This document shows positions 1 to 14,400 of a stretch of DNA of 64,000 bases, piece by piece. This DNA comes from Paramecium tetraurelia (Eukaryota): NCBI GenBank assembly GCA_000165425.1, contig CT868000.1, positions 62,001 through 126,000 on the forward strand, written 5' to 3'. The notes under the pieces were generated by a model. It was not told the DNA's origin. It did not search any database and was given only the letters and a program-made list of their open reading frames with translations. A program made the translations under genes and the position numbers. Numbering within the stretch: the stretch's first letter is position 1; each line of letters opens with the position of its first letter.

Positions 1-1631
1 TAAGCCTAGAGTATTACCCTTAGAAAAAGATTTCAACTTCAAATTGCACTATCTATCCCCAAATAACTCTATTTTGCCCTATTCAATGTAAACCAATTGA
101 TTTTTCTGAGCCACTAAAGATTCAGGAGGCAAAATCTTTCTCTTCAAAGACTTTATGAGTTCTGCCTTAAAAGCTGCAGTAAACCTGTACCTGAACAATG
201 CACATTAATTCAAAATTATAGAATTGGATTCCTAAACTAATTTATTCCTTAACATTTCCGACAATTAATTTATTATAACATTAACATCCTAGGCCTCTTA
301 TTCCTTGTCTAATTACCAAAAGTAATCCAAGTATTATCTGACTTCATGTTACAAATTAAAGGGAATTTATTTTCGCTGCATAAATGAGTTGATAATTCTG
401 AGCTTTCTTCTCTTGTCTTCGCCATATTCTGTGATATTTTGGACAATCATCCCAACTGTATTAATACTATAAGGAAGCTAAAGACTTGAACACACTATAA
501 AAAAACAGCAAACTATTTTCTCTAGATTAGTTTAAGGAGTCACATCACCATATCCAACTGTAAAGATGGTCACAGCAGAAAAATATACAGAATGTACATA
601 TTGAACAGTCCAGTCCTCATCTACTACTTTTTCCATCCAACTAGTACCATATGCTCTATGACTATATTCTCCAATCTAATGTTATGAATAAATTATTAAA
701 TTACATAAAACCAAAAGCAAGAAAAGAAGTGGACCATAAAAAAAAGAGCACCAATCAGTTTTATCAACTCTAAAATTGATGAGGCTTTCTTATTCAAGTT
801 TAATCCTTCTTCATAATAGATCAGGCACTCCTATATTGTACTATAATGAACCAAAAATGTTATTAGTGTTAGATATATTCTATAATCCTTTATTTTAATT
901 TGAATTTCATCATCCTATGTCAAAATTAGATATATCAATATTTAAATTGTTGACATCCATTCTAATCCATAGCACTTCAAGAAATTATGTTTGACTATCT
1001 TTTTTCTATCAGTTACTAATATCCCTTCAGTATAATAAGATGTATTTAGTCCCACTAATAAATCTCCTAATAGTATTAAAAGAAAAACAAATGATTAAAT
1101 ATAATAGAGATCAAACATGAAGGAGTATTTATTCCATACTACATCAAGAGGTATTAGAAATAAAAAGTATAATCGAGAAACCAAAGATGCCAGATCCCAA
1201 ACTATTTTAATAGGGGATTCTGGCTTGAATAATTCAACCCGGCCCAACCACAGGATTAAATTCCCAAAATAAGTAGCAATTAGTTTCTTCATCTTTTCTT
1301 AAAATCTAATTTTCAATTCCATCTCCATGTGAGTTGAAAGTAACTTGAAGTTCAAGTTGAATCCATGTTATTATTTTGATGCCGCATTATCTCCTACATA
1401 ATCTAGCAACTCATTCGATATTGAACTATTGTCCTCCACTCTCTTCTTTAAAGAATTAAAAAATCTTCTAACATATACAAACTTCCTCTCTGATTTAGTA
1501 GGTGGACTTTTAAAGGAATCTGAAAAAAAATGATGACCTAAACTACTGTGATTTTGAAACTAGCCTACTATTTCGCTCTATTCAGTATTGAAATAAACCC
1601 TATTTTTTGGTGTTTTCCCTTCCTAAATCAT
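1..1631 (-). CDS. Cyclic-nucleotide-binding-domain K+ channel (EAG/CNG-like), 3' end outside the window
   Basis: Code-6 ORF from ATG 1631 with KIVWDL..., pore VTIFTVGYGDVTP, C-linker KLRIINSFM and the start of the CNBD. 29-nt GT..AG intron at 676-704. Confidence 0.9.
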
Positions 1632-2115
1632 AAAATCCTATATAATAAATAAAATTAATGAGACAATAACCTTAAAAACACAAAGATTTCAATGTTGAAT
1701 TTGAAATATAATGAAATATCATAAATTAGACTAAAAATTTCAAAGGTTTTTCTATTTTTGTATTTTTTGTCAAAAATTATTGACATTATGTTTCATATTC
1801 AGATAAAAACTTAAAAAAATCAAAATTAAATTAATTGTATTTTTTACTTGATAAATACATATTAATAATTGAAATTCCTCTGTCCATCTAGAATGCTTAG
1901 ATTTCAGACTCTGTACTACTTCAATTATTGTGAAATTTAAGAAGTCTTTAATTATTAAGATTTTAAATTCAGATAATTAAAAAAACGTTATCAAAATATT
2001 AAAATTAAAAATAAACTATATATATAAAATAAAACTGATTGATTTTACATTATAATAGAGTTTTTTAAAATACTACAGAATATGAATAATAATCATATCA
2101 CTCAATTAAATAATG

Positions 2116-4805
2116 TCATTTAACAACGTTATCAGCAGAAAAACATACTACTGGTTTTCTTTTATTCATTAATAAGAAAAATCCAACTGAAGATAGATTA
2201 AACTGTTTAATTATATCACCAGGATATTAAAAATACTAAATGAATTTTTTAAGTATATTTAGATTTTCGAGAAAGTTTTTCTATTTCACAATTGAAAAGT
2301 TATCTTTCCTAAAATAAAACTTATATGCTTTTGGACTTTCAAATTCTAAGTCGTCTATATACTATTTATTTGATAATTTTTATATGATTAATGACATATC
2401 AATTTGATACTTATCAAACTATTTGCTAGCTATTTAACTTATATTCTTACATCTTTATTCTAAAATTTATAAAGTCATGCTAACCTACCGTTATTCTATC
2501 TGCTTTTCATATTGAACATATGTTTAAATTAAAAAATAAGGATAAACTTTATTTATTGATATCAATTTATTAACAAGACGCTGAAACTTCTTTTTAATTA
2601 ATTTTTAAGTTTGATCTTAAATTGAAAAATATCTTTCCCTTTTATTTTATTGATGATGATGATTGATGTTCTAAAATGAAGTCGTTTATTTAATGTTACG
2701 TTTTAATTGCTAATCTTCATCTATGTTATACATGTGATCAAATCTATATAATTAAAACAACATCGGCTCATCCTTCTGAATTAATAAAGCACATTATTCA
2801 AGCCTTTTTTTATTCAGAATTAATGAATTCACTTTTTTTCTACCTCTATCCAATGGGTTCCTACATTGCTGCTAAGGATATAAATGTTTTTTAATGATAA
2901 ACTCCTTATTCGGAACAAATTTGATTAATGGGCATTCAATTAATTTATGAGATTGCTTCCCACAAGAAAAACATGTAACAGTGAAATACTAATCATCTTA
3001 ATAAAATATCATTTTATCTCTTACAGCACAAAACAATTCTTAATCCTCTGGATGTTCTTGTAATATTTTTAAAAAATTTCTCCGCTTTAATATCATGGCC
3101 TTAGTAAATCCAACACTTTTATAGCTCTCTAAAGACTCAGTACCCATTATAAAGTTCTTAATCCCAATGGAAGCCCCCTTATTAACAATCCCTAAATTTA
3201 TCTTTCTACCTTCTTGTAAACAAATTTGAATTGAACCATCCTCAATATAATAGAGTAAGATATCATTAGTTGACTTTAAATCCTATTCTGGGGTTAGAAG
3301 CACTTCCTCCACCTCCTTAATTAATTGCCTTTTAAATTAATCACTAAATGGTATTTTAAATAATGTGCACTGATCAAATATTTTCTGATGGGCTTCACCT
3401 ATTAATTATTGTCTCAGAAATTCAGATAAAGAATCAATAATTTCCTTCTCTTCTTCAGATTAAGATATAACTTTGTTTTCCCAATAATATGTTAAGTACT
3501 ATCTTATTTTCATTTTCAAACCCAAAGACATTGAACTCTTATTCATATAAGAATTGATAATCCTTAACTTCCTCTTTCTTTCTTCGGAAAAAGCTGAAAT
3601 TTCTTTGATAATATTTCCGACTGTATTAACACTATAAGGGAGCTGAATACTTGAAATCATAATTAAGACAATGGACACGATTTTCTCAAGACTAGATTGT
3701 GGGGTCACGTCTCCATAACCAACTGTGAACATTGTCACTGCTGTATAATAAAAGGCCTATAGATATTGGATGTTCCATTTCTATTCGTACATGTTAGTCG
3801 CCATGATCCAGCTCTTTCCGTCATAATTTTCAATGCTATATCTTCCAATCTAATTTATTACATTAAAGTTACCCAAAACCAAAAACATGAAAATAAATGA
3901 ATCACATAAAATAAAAAGGCTATCAATTTAAATAAAGCAACAAATGAGGATGTTTTCTTTGAGATGTTCAATCCTTCCTCATAATTTGTTGCATAGTTTA
4001 TTATAGTCTTGTGATGAACTAAAAATATCAACAAACCGACATTTATTACATTATTCTCAACATCAAGTGAAATATTGACAAATCTGTCTGTAATGAAATA
4101 AATTAACAACTAAAACACTGATAACCACTATAAACCATAAGTGTTATATAGACTCTGTTTCACAATCTGGATTCTGGAGGTAACCGCTTCTCCGTTTGAA
4201 AAGTACACTGTATTTAAACTGATCAATAAATCAAATATTAAAATAAGCAGAAAAAGTATTGAGATGTATTTAAAATCGCGGAATATGAACTGCTATTGAA
4301 CCCATGCTAAATCAATAGGGATTATGTATAAAAAATATAATCTTGCAGTAACAGCAACTATATCCCATATCATTTTTATATATTAGCTGGGATGTATTAA
4401 AGGTAGTTTTTCTAGTTAAAAAATAAATGTTTCTTGTAGCTTTTAAAAAAACCTTAGTTATTTCTGATTTAGTTAAGAAAGCGTAGATGACTTTCTTTAA
4501 GAAAAAATCTCGTCGGAAGACCCCTTATCCCCAATTAATGACAAATGAAAATTTCTTATTTTTTTTGTTTTGCGAACAGGATCTAACAAATTATCAGTGA
4601 ATTTCTTGACATAATCATTCTTTTTTTCATAATTGAAAGGCTTCTTTCCATTTGTTTGGAAGAAATAAATATCAGCATAAAAAGGAGGTTATTTTTGAAA
4701 TATCTATTTACTACTGTTAATTTTAGCACTGTATAAACCTGATTCGCTTTATTCTGACAACAATTTCGCCTCGACTCCTGGGGCGATTGTATTTTTTTGA
4801 TTCAT
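2116..4805 (-). CDS. Cyclic-nucleotide-binding-domain K+ channel, tandem paralog, about 888 aa
   Basis: ATG 4805 to TGA 2116. Pore TMFTVGYGDVTP, CNBD, then CFSCGKQSHKLIEC. Removing one 23-nt intron (3850-3872) gives 889 codons. Confidence 0.92.
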
Positions 4806-6289
4806 ATTTAATTATTATATTTATAATAATCTTTACTTTCTGAAACCAAAATGCGATAATTCGCTTAATTTTGGAACTATCTATCTGAGTAAAATCTGAA
4901 TTTGGATTAAATTTAACAAATTAATTGAAAAACTCTATATAAAGAAAGTTGATTTTTCAAAACTTAACATACACTTTAAAAATATTAATGAATAGGTTTA
5001 ATACAGGTAGATTAAATGCTCTTAAAATTATGTAAATAGATTAAGTGATACCCAATTTGATAAATTTCATTTTTTAATTATTCATTTCCCAAAGTCATTT
5101 AAATTAAACTCTTTTCATTTTATAATTTAGTTTTCAAGACTCTCAACTTTATTGATCAAACCTAAATATAGTAAATTAATTATCAATAAATAAAAGTTCT
5201 TTGACTCAATATTATAAAGTGATCAAACAAATTAAATTATCAACGACTTGACTTAATAAAAATATAAAAATTATAACCAAATTATTGATTATTATTTGCA
5301 TTTAAACAAAGTCGCAATATATTGGAATTAGCTAATTAAATTGATTACCTTTTTAATGATCCTTTATCACTACGACTTTTATTTCAAATTCCTTGATAGT
5401 ACATTAAATTAATAGTTTTTGATTAAGTCTAAATATTTTATTTTGATTTAATCTCAAAATGAAAAGAAATATACTGAAAATGCAGTCATTTAAAATATTA
5501 TTTATAACTAATACCTATAAAATAGTATTATGAGGTTGGATACCTTGCTTTAATATAATGTTTATAGAAATCACTGTCAAGATATTAATCTTGAATAAAA
5601 TAATAAAATTCTTTAAATTATTTTAAATGCAACTTATAATGCTAAATAACCATAGAATTGTATAAATTTTAATAATATCGTTTTATATTACTTTAGATAT
5701 TTGATATATGCTGAAATCTCTAATAATATTTAAAACAAATAAGTTAACAATATAAAATTAAGAGATTCGTATTAATAGTAAATTAAAAAAGATTATTCTT
5801 AATTTGACTATTTAATTATTTTCAATTTTATTAATTAAAAGTTAACCTTATCTCTGAGCAACCTTTTCTATAGTATGTTTTCTATAATTTTGATATTTAA
5901 ATAAGATAAGATGGAGTAATATGAATAAATTAAATATATCAAATATCTTCTATTCTATTAAGAATCCCTTATCAAAATTAATATCAATTTGGTTTAATTT
6001 TTGTTTTCTTACTTAAATAATAAATAGCATTCAATGAATTACTTAATCATTTTATTATCATGTAGAATATTGGTTATAGAAAATAATTTGTACATGATTT
6101 TAATCAAATAGTATCCATAATAAATAAGATATGTTAGCTTATATTTAAAGGATTTTGGTGATAGGATCTTGTTGGTTGAAAAAGATTTGAGATAATAGAT
6201 TTTAAGCTAATCTAATAAATAATGTGGGATTGCAAGTTGATGAATGATATTTAAATATATTCTAAAGAACGTGTTTATTAAATAATTTA

Positions 6290-8700
6290 ATGATTAAGAA
6301 TTAAGGAGACAGATATCATCTTATTGACAAAAATGCTTTGGAGGAGAAGAAGTTAGATAGTAATGAGTTAACAGAATTTGTAAAATCATCAGGGCTAATC
6401 GATATAGGGAAAAAATACAATATTGTGTCAATTATAGGTAGTCAAAGTACAGGGAAAAGTACATTGCTTAACTACCTTTTTGGAACACAATTTGATGTTT
6501 AGAATAGGTAATAAAGTGTGGGTTAAACTACTGTTGGTATTTGGATCTCTAAAGATGTCAAAAATAATGTTGTAGTTTTGGATGTGGAGGGATCAGATTC
6601 TGTAGAGCGAAAATCAGGAGAGAATGTAAGTGATCCTTATTAATACTTAGATGGTTGAAAATCAAACAGCATTAATGGCATTAGCTATGTCGCATTGCTT
6701 TATCATCAATGTATTTGTTAATGCCTTAGGCTAACATACGAGTTGTTAATTATCCATCATCAAAATCATTATGCAATAGAATTTGAAGCTATTTCAATAA
6801 GACACTGTTAAGCACATTATTTTTGTTGTAAGGGATTGGGATGAGGAGTATAACTATGACGAGGCTTCTCGTAAATTGAATGGTTATTTATTGAACATAT
6901 GGAATGAGATACCAAAAGTAAGAATTCGAATCCACTATAATAGCCTGATCAATATAGGGAGACAGATTTCCATGAATTATTTAGTGTTTAAGTAGTTACA
7001 CTAGTCTATTACAAATTGAAAAACGAGTTTGCTGAATAAACAAACTAACTTCATTCAAAATTAGCCAACTAATAGGATCCCAATTTCATTTTTAAAGATT
7101 TTGATTATGAGAAAAATGTGAGATGGTCAGACATGCCATAATATTTATCCAATATTTGGGTGGTCATAGCAAATAATAAAGATTTGAATTTACCAAACGA
7201 GAAGATTCTGATTTCCAATATGAGATGCTAGTAAATCAAATTGGAAGCATTGGAAGGAGTCAAGGATTTAACTGAGGTATAATTGCTATAATTTAATATA
7301 GGATTTATAAAATAGAGTAAGAACCTAGTTTGTGGAAAATTTTGGTTAATAATGTTTATCAATTTTGGGTGTGGCTCAAAAAATATATGACAAAGATGCC
7401 AAAGATTATCATGCTGATGTTTATAAAGAAAAGGAAAAGGAGTTAAGAGACGAATTGATGAACAAATTCTACACTTACTTTTAAAGATAGACTGAATCAC
7501 TTAAGCAACATTATATGAATAGGTTATCAGAGAATCTTGAGACATTGAAGAGAGAAAGTATTTAATAACATGATTGGATTAGGTATCTACGATTTACCTG
7601 ATAAGTTGAACGAAGTGGATTTGTTAAAAGTGAACTTCGAAGAATCATTATCAAAATCTGTAATTGAAAAGGGATTGTGGTAGGAGTAAGACCATGTTGG
7701 ATTCTTTAATTAATAATTCGATAATCAATTAAAATCATTTGTTGAAGCCTAATTAGCATCATTTAAATAACAATTGGACAACATCATCAAATCAGAATGT
7801 GACAAGATTGTGAGTTAACAAGTCCTCAATATCTCACCAAAATTTTGGTCATAAATTGATGCAGATTATTATACTATGATTTCAGATAAATATTCAAAAT
7901 ATGATGCATTACTATCAGGATTGAGAGTTCAATGGAAACAAATTGATGATTATTTGAGTAAGTTCGAAGAAGATAGTTTTCATAATCTCAAATAAGTAAT
8001 TGCAGTAGCCAGTGGTAGATTTAAAGATTAGTTATTCCAACAATTCAAAGCTTAATTCGTTAGAACTGAAGATGGACAACCTAGAAATTGGTAGAAAACA
8101 ACTGAAGAAGAGATATTCCATATTTATACTGAAGCAAGAGACAAGGTCTTCTCATTCTTAGACATACTCAGAATTAGAAAAGTTAAATTCATAAGAATAC
8201 AATAAACCATGAAAAAAATAGCAAAAACTCATTTAGCTCCTTTCACTCCTTTAAAGGAAAAAATCTCATATTAAATCTCCGCAGATACTGATTCTGATGA
8301 TGTTGTACTGAACGAAGTTTTTTATACATAAGTGAAAATGCAATTGGCAGAAGACATCGATGTATAATATTAAGATGCCATTCAAAAACATGTATACATG
8401 CTGTAATTTCTTAGAAACAAGATTTCCTATAGAACATTCCAAAGCCATTTTGGTTCCTATTATTATTCTTCATGTATGATGATGTCTTAAGATGGATGGG
8501 TAATCCATTGTTCCTCTATCCAATCTTGATAATCTTATGCTTTATTGGATTTTGCATTGCTATAGGTGAAATATAGTTGCTATCCTTTATTAGGTCTACA
8601 TAGTCTACCCAAACTAGCATTTTAAACGGTCTTTAGAACAATTAATTAGGCTTTGTTACCCCTAATATTTGGAGGTATTTCAAAATTAAAAACAAGTTGA
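6290..8700 (+). CDS. SEY1: SEY1/RHD3 dynamin-like ER-fusion GTPase
   Basis: [44 protein letters not shown] and a C-terminal TM hairpin. About six 23-28 nt introns (e.g. 6626-6650, 6918-6943). Confidence 0.95.
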
Positions 8701-8735
8701 ATGATTATTTTAATAATCTATAATAAATATATTAA

Positions 8736-9141
8736 ATGTTGACTAAAAGTGTAAAAGGGGACTAATTGCATTAAACAATCACTACAGTATCGATAACATA
8801 ATTAACCCTAGATAAATTACAGATCGATAATAAATTCAGAGAAGAGATAAGGCGATATCCCTCAATACATGAATGGAAAATGCAAAATAAAACTTCGCAA
8901 AGAAAAAAATTATTTGCCTTACTTGAACATAAGAGAACCCTCTCTACCGACATTGAAATCACCTGCTAATAAACAATAACAGCTAAACAGCATGAGTTGG
9001 ATATCATTAATTTAAGTCTAAAATAGACCCAGAGATAAGTCGATCTCTATTGCCAATGAAACCTATTTTCAAAGAACCAGATAGGCTAGTTTTTTAGATA
9101 ATCTCCTTAAATAACTAAATAAAAATAAAAGATAATCTTGA
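8736..9141 (+). CDS. Hypothetical protein, 3' end uncertain
   Basis: ATG 8736, candidate 25-nt intron 8787-8811, open frame to a TGA near 9141. No recognised domain. Confidence 0.45.
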
Positions 9142-9341
9142 ATTTTGATTATTACATATGACTTCGTAAAATAGTGTTTCTGTTTAATGAGCATCAATTG
9201 TACAACCAATTTAATATTTTTAATGTTTCTGCATAGATAGAAACTATTTCCAATTTAGGAGGATTCTACTTTTAACTAATCAAATAGTAATAATTAATAA
9301 ATAATTAATATATGTGAAATATAAACATAGTTTGTTGTCCA

Positions 9342-10184
9342 TCATTTTTTTGGAGAAGGAGAACCAGCATTTTCGTTGTCCTCTTGTTAAAGCTTTTCCA
9401 GAAATCTCTCAAAGTCCTTCATTCTAATTTTCACAGTCGAAATACTAGATGTTGATCTTTGAGTCATGGATCGATGGGATAGAAGCTTAACAATTTAATA
9501 TGGATTTGTACTGATAATAAACTGCTGTTCCTCTTTATTGACTTTTTGTTTTCTGCTCTAAACAGCTATCTAAATGTATCGAAATCCAAACTCTCATTTG
9601 AAACTTCTAATTATTCCAATAATTCATCGATATCGAAATTCAAATCGAATTCGACCGACAATATTTCGATTATTTTATTTTTATGCACATATCCACTCGC
9701 ATCAGGTTCGCCTCCCAGTGCCACAAATGCATCAACTACAATCATATTGTAATTCACTTACTAAATTCACTATATTATATTTATTCCTCATTCTCCTTGA
9801 CTTTGTTCTCAAAGTCCTTGCAAACTCTGGTGATATACAATAAAGTTTGAAAATCAAGTTTTGCTGTATTTCTGTCCTCAATTTCCTTGAAGATCTTCTC
9901 CTTGCAATTTTGATTTATTTCAAAACCAAATTCTTATCAAAGAAATACTAAATACCCTTTAACAAATCCATCGTGTCGTGGTAAGTTAAGAATCCAACCT
10001 TGTTATAATCCATACGTTTGAACATCTTCATTAGAGTATCAATTTCATTCTTCTGCAAATCGCAAGTTGTTGTATATTTTAGCAAAGAATTATAATCTAT
10101 CTAAATGCTTTTGATATTGCTCTAATTGATTTTCTAAGAAGACTATTGCTCTACAACCTATAAACTATTCACATTATTATCCAT
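9342..10184 (-). CDS. EF-hand calmodulin-like protein resembling outer-arm dynein light chain LC4
   Basis: MFKRMDYNKVGFLTY and IDAFVALGGEPDASGYV (LC4-type DAFVALGG motif). Three introns (23, 26, 26 nt) give 256 codons. Confidence 0.75.
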
Positions 10185-10245
10185 TTCAAAAAACCCAAAT
10201 TTTATATTATAAAAATATTCAATCTAAAAGATATAACTTAAATAT

Positions 10246-11016
10246 TGGATCATCACTTTATTGATTAGAATCTCAATTAGAATACTGCTACTCTAAGTAG
10301 CCTAATAGATGAGAATGGATTTTACAATAATATAAGTATTTATGTATATAAATCACTTAATGAAAGATCTATTAACACAGAATAATAATTTTACAATTAT
10401 TACTTTTAACAAAAATTATTTGCATTGTTCTAATTTGCTCATTTCGATTAGATTTATTTGAAAGATAAGATTCTACTAAAATCAAAATGAATCAATTATC
10501 CATTAAACAATAAAAGATTTAGATAAATACAAAAGTGAATTCTGGAAATAAAATAAGTCCAGAATAAATGGAAGTCGAAGAAATGCTTAATGATAATATA
10601 AATTAATAACGAATTTTACTGCAGAAACATAGCATCAAATTAGTTAAGTGATTTAAGTAAATCACTTAATTTATTTAAAATTCAAATCAATTTATGTTTT
10701 TTAATGATAAAATGAATAGAATAAATAGTGCTTTATATTTAGAATAGCTATAAATATTTCAAATGCAATTGAAGTTCGAATGTACATCTTAAATTGAAAT
10801 TATCCAATTGAAATTCTGCTAAATTTGAATGAAAAAAGAAAAAATATCAATAGACAACTTATTTCAAACTTAAAAATCCAATTATATTTCCCAGAAAGAA
10901 AGGTGAATAAATGCACCAAAAACTAGAATGTTGCATTTAAAAGAATAAACGATTTTCTACAATAAGAAACATAGATAACTTTCCAAATCTTAAGCGAGAC
11001 TCTATCCAAATATTGA
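10246..11016 (+). pseudogene. Degraded gene relic with weak TFIIS-central-domain-like resemblance
   Basis: Protein-like fragments (AINISNAIEVRMYILN*NYP...NINRQLISNLK) with an in-frame TGA at 10795-10797, other breaks, and no clear ATG. Confidence 0.3.
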
Positions 11017-11106
11017 AAATGCCTTATTCCTAAAATTAGACAAGTATGCAAGAAATAGTTAATTTCAACAATAAAATTTGACACTATAATATAAAATTGA
11101 CTGTCT

Positions 11107-11319
11107 TCAACTCAGCTTTTTTAACAACTCTTATGCCTTTTTCTCTTTGACTTCTCTTTACTTAATAATTTTCTTCTTTTATTAATCGAATTAATCTGGA
11201 TTCACCATGTATGACGATACAACTCCTGCTAAAAAGGTAGCCACTATGTAGGCAATAAGTGAATATAATATCAAGCCCCAGAAACTGTTAATTGCTGGGA
11301 AGTATGCAAAAATATTCAT
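11107..11319 (-). CDS. Small single-pass membrane protein, 70 aa
   Basis: Intronless ORF: MNIFAYFPAINSFWGLILYSLIAYIVATFLAGVVSSYMVNPDQFDQQKKK... A hydrophobic helix followed by a basic tail. Confidence 0.65.
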
Positions 11320-11430
11320 TAAATTATTTTTTCGATAAATATATAAGTCAAATGATTTTAATTAAATCAGAATCAAAAGCAGCTTTGAATTTATTTAGCA
11401 ATAATAATATTTATATTATTTACAAATCAT

Positions 11431-14400
11431 TCAAAAAAAATATGTTCTTATGTTGATTAATTTTTGTTTGATTACAGAATTATCCAATTTGTTTTCAGGA
11501 ATCATCAATATCAAATATTTATATTAGTTAATTTCTACACCCGATGCTTTAATTAAGTAACCATTTATTATGAATAAGAAAAGCATTAAACTAAAAATAA
11601 TTAAAAATTACATAGACCCTAAGACGTAGTAATATGTTAAGACTTTCTCAATGATTAACTAACTGGCTTTTTCATTTCCATCTATTAACAATCCCTGACT
11701 CTAGTCAATTATCTGTTAAATATCTATAACATATTAAATAAAAATGTTAACAAATAATCTTTAGCTGATAGTTTATTTTAGCAATTCTAAATCAGTTTCA
11801 AATAGTCCATTTAACTTCTCTGATTCGAATTCACTTATCGAAAACTAATAAATATTTTAAATCATTCCATTTACTCCTTCTTTTAAGAATTATGCATAAG
11901 ATTCATTTTAAAATTATCTTACAATACAAAATGGTAAATCATATATCTAACAATAATCTGAATTGAAAGAATCTACAATTTAATTGATCGAAGATGAATC
12001 AATAAAATCATATTAAACTATAGATTCAGTGATATCTAAAATTACAGTTGGCAATTGATCAATTATTTCAAAATACTTTTAAATAATTAAGAATTATTCT
12101 GTTTTATTTCTAAAATTATTAATTAATGGTTCAGTTTTAATAATCTATCCTAATGTAATGCTCGAACCAACCTTCTATTAGAATAATAAAAATTGTTTGT
12201 TAACAGTAACCGATGGTATATATGAATCAAATAAATTCAAGAGTAAAATGTATCCACCAACAAAGAAAACAATAAAAAAAATTAAAATCAACGCTTCAAT
12301 AAATATTAAAAAAGTCTCTTTAAATGATTTTTCAATACTATTTGATCCACTTTTTCTTTTATTTTTTGTTGGTGAAATCTCTTTTATGAATTGATTTTAT
12401 TTATGACTCCACAAATCATAAAAATTATATTGTTTCCATTACTAAGTTTTCCAACTATCAATAATTATTGTAAGAGTCGCTATCTATTCAACTATTTCCT
12501 CCTAAGTTAATCTTTAAAGTAGAGCAACCAATTTTGATTTGAGACTTGATTTAGCTGACACTACCTTAAAAATAAAGGTAAATATGGTTATGATCATCAA
12601 TAAACCAGTAATTAGAATTACTATAAAAACATTGCTCAATTGAATATCTTCAAATTGTTAAACAAATTCATCTGAGTATATTAGAAATTTGTAGATCAAA
12701 TAAAATATCTGTTCTTAAAAATAAGAAGGCGTTTACCTTATTTATTCAAAATCATATGAGAGGTTACTTAAAATTCTGTTTCTTAAGAAAGACAATTAGT
12801 TTTCCTATAAACGATTAAAATAAATAAAACATCTCTCAAAATTGGAATCATTTGCATATTTATCAAGATAGATGCAACTCTATCTTTCTAGATCTAATTA
12901 ATCAGTTATTACAGCTTAATACGATTCAGAAAGACTTTAATTTAGCGATTCTTACAAATAAGGACTTAAGGTATAAATTTTTAATCCCTATAAATAGGTA
13001 GACTATATTAATTGATAGTTAGAAACTATAATTTTATTTAAAGTCTAAATAGACTTCAGTTCATATATTTATTCTTTGAATTCTGAAAACTGATTCTAAA
13101 CCAATATAGTATTTATGACGATATATATTAAAATTAAAATTTCCAATATCCACGTTAAAGTCTTTGCATTTGCCAATAATCGAATATTATTACTGGCATC
13201 CACTATTTCTCTTATTAAATCAATTTAAAGAGAACTGACTTTTTGACTCATTTACTTATGATCATTCTAGTCAATATCCTTAGAAGTTTAAAATGATTTT
13301 GAAATATAATCAGCATTATCATTTTCACCCTTATTATCATTGGCAAACTCCTATATTGGGTCCTGTTTAAACCTTGAAATTTCTACCATATCTCTTTCTA
13401 ATTGATTTAAAATATCGTAATCCTTATTCACTTATTCTTGAACTGATAACTATGGTAAAACAAATTCAGTCTTCTACATGGATCCTCTGAATGATTATTA
13501 ACCAGAAAGTAATTGCCTGTGTGTTTGTCTCTACGTCAATATGAAAGGTGTTTTTGACTAATTTTGACTAAAATTCATTTATTTTGATGAATTTTTATCT
13601 AAAACTCCTTCATAATCTATCTCTGGATCATCAAACAGCAACTTTTCTACAAGCAACTATTGGTGCAGATTATTAAAAACTTAAATTTCTCTAATTTGAT
13701 GTCCTTCTGATGAGATTTAGTCAGATTCCTATTATTCTAATTAATATGACATAGTTAATGATAAGGTTTTGGCAGCAGATTTATTTTAAGAAGTTGAGAT
13801 CAAAGTATTAGCTGCATCTGTCAACCTATAATCTTATATTTATAATAAAAAGTAAATCTTATTGTAAATTTTGGTCATTTAAATAGTATAAGCCATTTCA
13901 ATCCTTTGTTTAACTTCACTAAATTTATAGGTTGTTCTATTATTTAAAATGAGAAAGAATTTATCTTGAAAGTTAGGATCCAACAAATTGACATAGATAT
14001 TATCAATTGTATATTCATTAATTAGTTCTTCTTGCTCAGCTTTTTGATTTACAAGTTTCATTTGATTAATTAGAAACTAAGTTTGAACTATACAGTCGTT
14101 ATTATTGTTTGGAAATTCCCAAAAAGATCTGACATTTATTAATTAGTAATTTTGTGAACTTTAAATATTTTCTTACAATTATTTTAGTTATTGAGGTATT
14201 TATTGAATATAATGAAGAATTTGACCTCCCTTCTCAACAATATCTTGGAGTCTATAATGCTTTTAATTATTTTCAGATATCAATTCCCCCATAAAGTTGA
14301 ATATTTTTTGAGTAACTCCCATAATTATGCCATCCTAATCAAAGACAATGTATTCAAAATATTAAGAGTATTGTGTTATTATAGCGTATAAAGTGATATC

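Noticed and set aside
4806..6289. Long AT-rich interval between the channel gene and SEY1
   Set aside because: No convincing ORF, repeat or RNA structure found. Left unannotated.
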